Source: an uncultured Candidatus Saccharibacteria bacterium (GTDB taxonomy: Bacteria > Patescibacteriota > Dojkabacteria > SC72). From it: DNA of 64,000 bases. Made by a program: the position numbers and the translations under genes. The stretch lies in contig CAZSUV010000001.1 of the NCBI GenBank assembly GCA_964610125.1, positions 184,035 to 248,034 on the forward strand. Direction: 5' to 3'. The notes beneath the pieces were generated by a model. The model was not told the origin of the DNA, did no database searches, and was given only the letters and a program-made list of their open reading frames with translations. Each line of letters opens with the position of its first letter. The first letter of the stretch is position 1. Shown here in pieces: positions 57,194-64,000 of the stretch.

Positions 57194-58714
57194 ATGTCTG
57201 ATTCTATAAGAAAATACACACAGCAAGAGTTAAACAAGGTGCTTTGGTCAGCTGCAGATTCTTCTCGAACAACTGTTGATGCTGGTGTATACAAAGACTA
57301 TGTTTTGGTAATGCTTTTCTTTAAATACTTGAGCGACTTGTCTAAGAAACAAGAGAATAAATATAAAGAAAGATTTGGGAATGATACTGCTAGGATAGAA
57401 GAAAAAATGAAAGCAGATAGGTTTTATCTCCCTAAAAATTCTTCATTTGATTACATATATAGTATTGCGGAGCATGACAATATAGGTGAAGAGTTAAACA
57501 AGGTTTTAAATAGAATCGAGGACACAAACAAAAACAAATTAGGGGGTATTTTCAGTACTGTAGATTTTAACTCTGAAGCTATTCTTGGAAAATTAGAAGA
57601 AAGATCTAAGATGATCAGGAATTTAATATATGATTTTCAAAAGATAGATCTTTCAGAAGTAGATGATGATCTTGTTGGAAATTCATATATGTACATGATT
57701 GAGCAATTTGGTGCTGACGCAGGAAAGAAAGCTGGGGAGTTCTTCAGTCCAACACCAGTGGCAAGTCTTGTAGCAAAATTAGCTCAGCCAAAGGATGGAG
57801 ATAGAATTGCGGATGGAGCATGTGGGTCTTGTAACCTTTTGATATTAACTGGAAAAGAAGTTGAATCTCAAGGTTCTAAGAACTATGCGTTGTATGGTCA
57901 AGAATCAAAAGGTAGTACATATCAGTTAGCAAGAATGAATCTTTTCCTTCATGGAAAAGACTCTGCACGTATTGAATGGGGTGACACATTGAACAATCCT
58001 TTGTTAGTAGAGAACGATAAGTTAATGAAATTTGATGTAGTTGTTGAAAATCCGCCTTTTTCTTTAAAGAAGTGGGGTGCAGAGAATGTAGACAAGGATA
58101 GATATAATCGATTCTTTAGAGGTATTCCTCCTAAGGATAAGGGTGATTATGCGTTTCTTTCCCATACTGTAGAAACTTTGAAACCTAAATCAGGTAGAGC
58201 TGCCGTCATAGTCCCTCATGGTGTGCTTTTTAGAGGTGGTACTGAGGGAAAGATAAGAGAAGCGTTCTTAAGAGAAAATATCATTGATGCTGTTATTGGT
58301 CTTCCTGCTGGCCTATTCCAAACTACTGGTATTCCTGTAGCTATTTTAATCATCGACAGATCTAGAGAAGAAGGTGGAAAGAACCAGGATAGAAAAGATG
58401 TTCTCTTCATTGAAGCATCTAAAGAATTTAAGGCTGGAAAAGCGCAGAATACTCTCTCTGAGGAAAATATTAACAAGATATATGATACCTATGCTAATAG
58501 GAAGGAGACAGATAAATTTTCTAGAAATGTAGGCTTTGATGAAATCAAAGAGAATGATTTCAATCTCAATATCACTAGATATGTTGATACTTTTGTAGAG
58601 GAAGAACCTATTGATATACAAGCCAATATTAAAGAACTAGAAAAGATAGAACCTGAATTAAAGAAATTAGAAGAAGAAATGAAGGAATATTTAAAGGAGT
58701 TAGGGATTAATTAA
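57194..58714 (+). CDS. hsdM: Type I restriction-modification N6-adenine DNA methyltransferase subunit
   Basis: HsdM_N helical region, motif I (ADGACGSCNLL), motif IV VVENPPFS, DFNLNITRYV C-terminal. Confidence 0.9.
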   Translation: MSDSIRKYTQQELNKVLWSAADSSRTTVDAGVYKDYVLVMLFFKYLSDLSKKQENKYKERFGNDTARIEEKMKADRFYLPKNSSFDYIYSIAEHDNIGEELNKVLNRIEDTNKNKLGGIFSTVDFNSEAILGKLEERSKMIRNLIYDFQKIDLSEVDDDLVGNSYMYMIEQFGADAGKKAGEFFSPTPVASLVAKLAQPKDGDRIADGACGSCNLLILTGKEVESQGSKNYALYGQESKGSTYQLARMNLFLHGKDSARIEWGDTLNNPLLVENDKLMKFDVVVENPPFSLKKWGAENVDKDRYNRFFRGIPPKDKGDYAFLSHTVETLKPKSGRAAVIVPHGVLFRGGTEGKIREAFLRENIIDAVIGLPAGLFQTTGIPVAILIIDRSREEGGKNQDRKDVLFIEASKEFKAGKAQNTLSEENINKIYDTYANRKETDKFSRNVGFDEIKENDFNLNITRYVDTFVEEEPIDIQANIKELEKIEPELKKLEEEMKEYLKELGIN

Positions 58715-58735
58715 ATTGGTAGTAGTATATGTAGA

Positions 58736-59866
58736 ATGAATGAAAATGATTCGAAGATGTTTAAATATCCTCAAAAAGATCTCGCTGAGGCTCTGATGAA
58801 AATACCTTCTCTAAAAGGTATGGAAGTTTTTAGTACGACAGAAAAGGATATATTGGAAAATAAAAAAGTAGGAAGAATATATGTTGCAGATTTCCCAAAA
58901 GAAACAGGGAAATATATTTCTGTATCTGAATATGAGGATTACACTGGGCAGGACTTGGATTTGAAAATTTCTTCAAAAATTAATTTGCGAATAACATATA
59001 TTACAAATGAGGATAAAATCACAGGGGTTGAAATATCCAAACTTTATAAGGGAAAGCTCGATAGGATTAATCTTACAACGTTGTCTTTTAACAGAATTAT
59101 GCAACTTTTGTATATATTTTCGACTCTTGACATTAAATCCGTAGCTAACAAATCTCTCATATTAGATAAGTCTATTGTTGGAGATTCTGATCAGTTAATG
59201 AATTTCCTAGAGCTAGTAGTTAAAGATCCTATAGGCAGAGAGAAAATTTCTGAAGTTGTAAAGAATTATGATCTTATTAAGAAGGGAGACATTGATGATC
59301 TTGTAGATCGAAAATCTGCAGTAGAACTTTTTGAAAAAATACTAAACTCGGAGGCTGAATTTAATAAATATAAATTAGAAATCGGTGTTAAGAAAAATGA
59401 ACAAGTTTGGGAAGATTTCTTTAAACAAAATGATTGGATACTAGGTTCTGAATATGTAGAGATTTTAGATCAAAGGAATATTGATGAAGATGATATCACA
59501 GATTATCTTTTGAAATCATTTGATGGATTTGTTGATATTATTGAGCTTAAGTTACATACTGCTCCATTTTGGACGACTGAAATGAATCCAACCGCGGAGC
59601 TTACATCTGCTACTATGCAGTGTATAAAGTACATATTTGAAATAGAAAAAAAATTGGATTCAATTGAATTCAAAGAGAAATTACAAAGTGCTTCCTTGGT
59701 AAAGCCTAAAATCACATTAATTTATGGAAGAAGCAAGGATTGGTCTTTAACAGAAAAGGAGATGTATAGAGTTTTAAATTCAAGTTACAATAATATTAGT
59801 ATCTTAACCTTCGATTATGTCTTAGAAAGAGCAAAAAGAATTGCAGGAGTGGAACTTATAAATTAA
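58736..59866 (+). CDS. DUF4263-family (Shedu SduA-like) PD-(D/E)xK nuclease-domain protein embedded in the type I R-M operon
   Basis: C-terminal region shows the DUF4263 pattern: EQVWEDFFKQNDWILGSEY (W/NPW-LG box), DYLLKSFDGFVDIIELKLH (D...E-x-K), TAELTSATMQCIKYIFEIE, ITLIYGRS, ISILTFDYVLERAKRI. The N-terminal 200 aa are unrelated to known domains. Confidence 0.55.
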   Translation: MNENDSKMFKYPQKDLAEALMKIPSLKGMEVFSTTEKDILENKKVGRIYVADFPKETGKYISVSEYEDYTGQDLDLKISSKINLRITYITNEDKITGVEISKLYKGKLDRINLTTLSFNRIMQLLYIFSTLDIKSVANKSLILDKSIVGDSDQLMNFLELVVKDPIGREKISEVVKNYDLIKKGDIDDLVDRKSAVELFEKILNSEAEFNKYKLEIGVKKNEQVWEDFFKQNDWILGSEYVEILDQRNIDEDDITDYLLKSFDGFVDIIELKLHTAPFWTTEMNPTAELTSATMQCIKYIFEIEKKLDSIEFKEKLQSASLVKPKITLIYGRSKDWSLTEKEMYRVLNSSYNNISILTFDYVLERAKRIAGVELIN

Positions 59867-59879
59867 TGGTGGAGAAAAT

Positions 59880-61166
59880 ATGACGAAAACAAATGAAGAG
59901 TATAAAAATAAGTGGAGAAATATAAAACTTCAGAAATTAGGAACTACATATTCTGGCTTAGCTGGGAAGAAGAAGGATGACTTTAATACAGGAGAATCAA
60001 AATTCATATCTTATATGAATATATATTTAAACCCAAGTCTCAAAGGGGAAGCTTTATTAAATGTAAGAATCAAAGATGGAGAAAAACAGAACAAAGTGAA
60101 ATATGGCGATTTGTTCTTTACAACATCTTCCGAAACTCCTGATGAAGTGGGAATATCTTCTGTATTGCTTGAGAATCTGGAATGTGATGCTTACTTAAAT
60201 AGTTTTTGTTTTGGTTTTAGATTGTACGATTTCAATACCATTGATCCAAACTTTGCAAAGTATTATTTTAGGGGACAGTCGTTCCGAAAACAGATGTTTA
60301 GAATTGCACAGGGGGCAACAAGATTCAACCTCTCGAAGAAATATTTTATGGATACAAAAATACAAATTCCAACAACAATTAACGAACAAAAACGTATTGT
60401 ATCTATATTGGAGACATATGATAGCTATATAAATATATTGGGAGAAAAGATTGATATAAAAAAGAAAATTAATAAATATTTGAGACAAATACTGTTAACA
60501 GGAGAAAAGAGAATGAGTGGATTTCCTGATGAATGGAAAAATATAAAACTTCAAAAGTTGGGTACCACATATTCAGGATTAACTGGAAAAAACAAAGAGG
60601 ATTTTAATACTGGTGAATCAAAGTTCATTTCATATATGAATATATATTTAAATCCAAGTCTCAAAAAGGAAGCTTTGTTGAATGTAAAGATTAAAGATGG
60701 AGAAAAACAAAATAAAATTCAATATGGAGACTTATTTTTTACAACTTCTTCTGAAACTCCAGATGAAGTAGGAATATCTTCTGTTCTTCTTGAAGATTTT
60801 GGTTGTGATGCTTACTTGAATAGCTTCTGTTTTGGTTTTAGACTTCATGATTTCAAAACAATCGATCCAAACTTCGCAAAGCATTATTTTAGGGGACAAT
60901 CATTTAGAAAACAGATGTTTAGAATTGCTCAAGGGGCAACTAGATTCAATCTCTCTAAGAAATATTTCATGGATACTGAGATACATATCCCAAGTTCTAT
61001 TGCAGAACAACAAGACATAGCTTCAATTCTTTCTTCTGCAGATAAAGAGATCGAAGGCTTAGAAACTAAAAAGAAATTAGTAGAACAACAAAGAAAATAT
61101 CTCTTAAATAATCTAATAACAGGAAATATAAGAGTTCCTGGAACAATAGGTAATAATTTAAACTAA
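59880..61166 (+). CDS. hsdS: Type I restriction-modification specificity subunit with two near-identical TRDs
   Basis: 428 aa. Two about 155-aa TRD blocks that are roughly 90% identical at protein level. Shine-Dalgarno GGTGGAG upstream. Confidence 0.85.
   Translation: MTKTNEEYKNKWRNIKLQKLGTTYSGLAGKKKDDFNTGESKFISYMNIYLNPSLKGEALLNVRIKDGEKQNKVKYGDLFFTTSSETPDEVGISSVLLENLECDAYLNSFCFGFRLYDFNTIDPNFAKYYFRGQSFRKQMFRIAQGATRFNLSKKYFMDTKIQIPTTINEQKRIVSILETYDSYINILGEKIDIKKKINKYLRQILLTGEKRMSGFPDEWKNIKLQKLGTTYSGLTGKNKEDFNTGESKFISYMNIYLNPSLKKEALLNVKIKDGEKQNKIQYGDLFFTTSSETPDEVGISSVLLEDFGCDAYLNSFCFGFRLHDFKTIDPNFAKHYFRGQSFRKQMFRIAQGATRFNLSKKYFMDTEIHIPSSIAEQQDIASILSSADKEIEGLETKKKLVEQQRKYLLNNLITGNIRVPGTIGNNLN
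59913..60996 (+). repeat. Imperfect direct repeat (2 x about 460 bp, roughly 83% nucleotide identity, 621-bp period) encoding the two TRDs of hsdS
   Basis: Copy 1 at about 59913-60375, copy 2 at about 60534-60996. Differences are mainly synonymous. Confidence 0.8.
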
Positions 61167-61172
61167 AAGAAT

Positions 61173-64000
61173 ATGGATACACTAAACTTTGATGAGGCAA
61201 AACAATCACAACTACCATTGGTAGAAGTACTCATAAACATGGGATATAGATATATACCATGTGATGAAGTAATGAAAGAAAGAAGAGGCGATACAAGCAA
61301 GTTCATACTAAAAGACACGGCATTTAGAAAGTTCTCAGAGATTAACGGTTATGAATGTAATGGACAACAATACAAATTCTCTGAAGCCGAAGTGATGGAA
61401 GTTATAGATGAGCTTGAGAATATCCCATTTGAGGGGCTCATCGACACTTCTAAGAAGGTATATGGAATGATTATGCCAACAACGGGTGGGAAGACAATAC
61501 GTGTGTTTTGTGATGGTAAGTATGACTCAAAAAGTTTTAAATACATTGATTTTGAGAATATTGAGAACAATGACTTTGCAGTTACTGTAGAATTTGAGGC
61601 CACAGGAAAAGGGCCAATAAGACCTGACATTGTAGTCTTTGTTAATGGTATCCCATTCTCTATCATTGAAAACAAGAAATCTTCAGAACCAATAGAAAAG
61701 GCATTAAGTCAGCAAAATCGTAATCAGCAAGCAGACTATTGCCCAAAACTTTTTGTATATCCTCAACTATTGATTGGAGCAAATAAAATAGATCTAAGAT
61801 ATGGGACAACAGGAACTCCAAACAAATTCTATGCCAAGTGGAAAGAAAGAGAACTTATAGAGGAAGAATGGAAATACAGAGAAACATTCAAGCAAAAAAT
61901 TGAACAGAAGACAAAAGAAATAATCTCAAAGAAAATCGATACCGAAGTATATCAAAAGATCTTGGCAAATCTAAAGGCAAGCAAGAACTATATTCAAGAT
62001 TTAGATAGAACAGTAAGCGAGCAGGATATCGCAACTGTTGGTCTATTAAGCAAAGAAAGATTGTTAGATATATCAAAGAACTATATCCTGTATGATGCTG
62101 GAATTAAGAAGGTTCTCAGATATCAGCAAATCTTTGCTATTAAGAAGTTGATGAAAAGAATAGAGCAAAGAAGAATTATAGAGACAGGAGAAAAAAGAGA
62201 AGGCGGAATTCTATGGCAAACTCAGGGATCAGGGAAGTCCTTAACAATGGTGATGTTCGTTAAAGCTCTAATAGAAAATCCTGAAATACAGAATCCTAGA
62301 GTACTGATTGTAACGGATCGAAGAGATTTAGATAGACAGATCAAGGGAACCTTTAACGATGCAGGTCTAAAGAAGAATGTAATACAAGCTAAAAGTGGTG
62401 AACATTTATTCAATTTGATTAAGGAAAAGAATTTGAGTGTTATTACTACTTTGGTACAAAAATTTGAGTCTGCAAGTAAGCATCGGGCGAATTTCGTAGA
62501 CAAAGATGAGAACATTTTTGTTCTTATTGACGAAGCTCACCGTACTCAGGGAGGTCAAGCAAATATCGAGATGAATAGAACTATCCCAAATGCTTGCTAT
62601 ATTGCATTTACTGGAACTCCGCTTTTAAAAAATGATACTTCAGTCAAGAAATTTGGGAATTTTGTAGATAGATATACGATAGATGATGGATTGGAAGATG
62701 GAATTATTTTACCTTTAATATATGAGGGTAGGTATGTTCCCATTGTTCAAGATAAAGAAGAAATTGATAGACAAGTTGCAAGAATTTTCTCAGATCTTAC
62801 AAAAGAACAAATACAGAAATTACAGGATGGCCTAAGAAAAGAGATAATTCAAGATAATCCTCAGAGAATTGCCGAAATACAATATGATATTGAGCAACAT
62901 TATATTAGTAATTTCCAAGGATCAGGATTAAAAGCCCAACTTGTAGCTCCTTCAAAATACTCTGCAATTCTTTTCCAAAAATATTTTAAGTTAAATGAAG
63001 TCGTTAATACGGCAATTGTGATTTCTGATGAAAATGGAATTATTGAAGATGAAAATGAACACAAAAAAGAAGTGGATGAGTACTTAAAAGAGATCAAAGA
63101 TAATTATCAGAGTTTACTATCGTACGAAAAGGATGTAATAGAAAGTTTCAAAAATAATGAGGAAGGAATTGAGATATTAATAGTTGTAGATAAACTTTTG
63201 ACAGGCTTTGATGCCCCAAGAAATACTGTATTGTATCTAACAAAAGAGCTAAGAGACCATAACTTACTTCAAGCTATAGCTAGGGTAAACAGGTTATTTG
63301 ATAACGATACGTTGCCTAAAACAGCTGGATATATTATTGACTATTCGGAAAATGCGAAGAATCTTAAATCTGCAATGGAATTATTTGGAAATTTTGATGT
63401 AGATGATGTTAAAAGCACCTTGATAGATGTGGATGAAAAAATACAAGAATTGGAGACCTCCTATGCCATTTTGCATGATCATTTTAATGGAGTTCGCAGA
63501 GATGATGAAGCATATTTACAATCATTGGCAGATGAAGCAACAAGAAAAGAATTTTATGAAGCATTAAATTCCTTTATGCGAAATCTTAGCGAATGTATGA
63601 TTTTGCAGGACTTTGCTGTTAAGTTTAATGATCTAGATTTATATAGAAACGAATTAAAGAAATTTCTCAATTTGAGAAAAACAGCTAGTGTAAAGTATGC
63701 TGATGATGAGTACGTTGATTTCCAAAAATACAAATATTCATTAACAAAGATTATCGATAAAAATATTAAGGCTCAAGAAGCGGAGATACTTACGAGACAA
63801 GTTTCCATCAATGATAAGGAATTGTTTAATGAAATTCTTGATGAGATGGGGTCAGATAAGTCTAGAGCAGAAGCAATTACTTCACAGATACAGAAGACAG
63901 CAAATGAAAAAATGGGCGAAGACCCTGTCTTCTATAAGAAATTTTCGCAAAAGATTGAAAAATTAATTGAAGATATGAGACAAAATAAGCTTTCAGATAT
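61173..64000 (+). CDS. hsdR: Type I restriction enzyme R subunit, 3' partial (runs off window)
   Basis: ATG at 61173, open to the window end. N-terminal nuclease-region motif (VFVNGIPFSIIENK). Helicase motif I TQGSGKSLTMV, motif II LIDEAHRTQ. Confidence 0.85.
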   Translation, partial: MDTLNFDEAKQSQLPLVEVLINMGYRYIPCDEVMKERRGDTSKFILKDTAFRKFSEINGYECNGQQYKFSEAEVMEVIDELENIPFEGLIDTSKKVYGMIMPTTGGKTIRVFCDGKYDSKSFKYIDFENIENNDFAVTVEFEATGKGPIRPDIVVFVNGIPFSIIENKKSSEPIEKALSQQNRNQQADYCPKLFVYPQLLIGANKIDLRYGTTGTPNKFYAKWKERELIEEEWKYRETFKQKIEQKTKEIISKKIDTEVYQKILANLKASKNYIQDLDRTVSEQDIATVGLLSKERLLDISKNYILYDAGIKKVLRYQQIFAIKKLMKRIEQRRIIETGEKREGGILWQTQGSGKSLTMVMFVKALIENPEIQNPRVLIVTDRRDLDRQIKGTFNDAGLKKNVIQAKSGEHLFNLIKEKNLSVITTLVQKFESASKHRANFVDKDENIFVLIDEAHRTQGGQANIEMNRTIPNACYIAFTGTPLLKNDTSVKKFGNFVDRYTIDDGLEDGIILPLIYEGRYVPIVQDKEEIDRQVARIFSDLTKEQIQKLQDGLRKEIIQDNPQRIAEIQYDIEQHYISNFQGSGLKAQLVAPSKYSAILFQKYFKLNEVVNTAIVISDENGIIEDENEHKKEVDEYLKEIKDNYQSLLSYEKDVIESFKNNEEGIEILIVVDKLLTGFDAPRNTVLYLTKELRDHNLLQAIARVNRLFDNDTLPKTAGYIIDYSENAKNLKSAMELFGNFDVDDVKSTLIDVDEKIQELETSYAILHDHFNGVRRDDEAYLQSLADEATRKEFYEALNSFMRNLSECMILQDFAVKFNDLDLYRNELKKFLNLRKTASVKYADDEYVDFQKYKYSLTKIIDKNIKAQEAEILTRQVSINDKELFNEILDEMGSDKSRAEAITSQIQKTANEKMGEDPVFYKKFSQKIEKLIEDMRQNKLSD

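Noticed and set aside
1-64000. CRISPR arrays, transposases, integrases
   Set aside because: No short regularly spaced direct repeats and no transposase- or integrase-like ORFs were seen. The only long repeat is the intragenic hsdS TRD duplication.

Overview
This 64 kb window is densely coded bacterial chromosomal DNA of low GC (estimated by eye at about one third), and most genes lack a Shine-Dalgarno motif. The lineage cannot be assigned from sequence alone; the gene content (long Ndk, bacterial Elp3, giant surface proteins, many glycosyltransferases) would fit a CPR/Patescibacteria-like or other low-GC bacterium.

Content in order:
1. 1-14.8 kb: a surface-glycan locus. It holds two SAM methyltransferases, a GT2/hexapeptide-acyltransferase fusion, several GT4 enzymes, GmhA, WecB, a HAD phosphatase, a GT2 polyprenol-phosphate sugar synthase with a DUF2304 protein and a large polytopic membrane protein, and a GT11 fucosyltransferase.
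2. A DUF456 protein and a MacB-type ABC pair.
3. An M23 peptidase, secA, and a zinc-ribbon acidic protein.
4. Two tandem GT4 genes plus a PglC-like initiating sugar transferase, then recO.
5. An fn3 surface protein, tRNA-Lys(CTT), an ASCH protein, a bacterial Elp3, ndk, a family-4 UDG, a polysaccharide deacetylase, and a HI0933-type flavoprotein.
6. A 1732-aa giant surface protein with tail-collar-like, H-x-H and Gly-rich repeats.
7. A response regulator / ABC / sensor kinase module, preceded by a 20-codon small ORF and a terminator.
8. A copper operon: copA, an HMA-membrane-cupredoxin protein, and a divergent MerR regulator with a 20-bp-spacer promoter.
9. A nucleoside phosphorylase, an HTH-HAD fusion, dgkA, TspO and a pterin dehydratase.
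10. A defence island: a NYN-domain protein, an orphan half-size hsdS, hsdM, a DUF4263 (Shedu-like) PD-(D/E)xK nuclease gene embedded between hsdM and hsdS, an hsdS with two near-identical TRDs, and a partial hsdR.

The most notable candidate system is this type I R-M operon carrying an embedded Shedu-like nuclease and two alternative specificity genes. No CRISPR array, transposase or integrase was seen.
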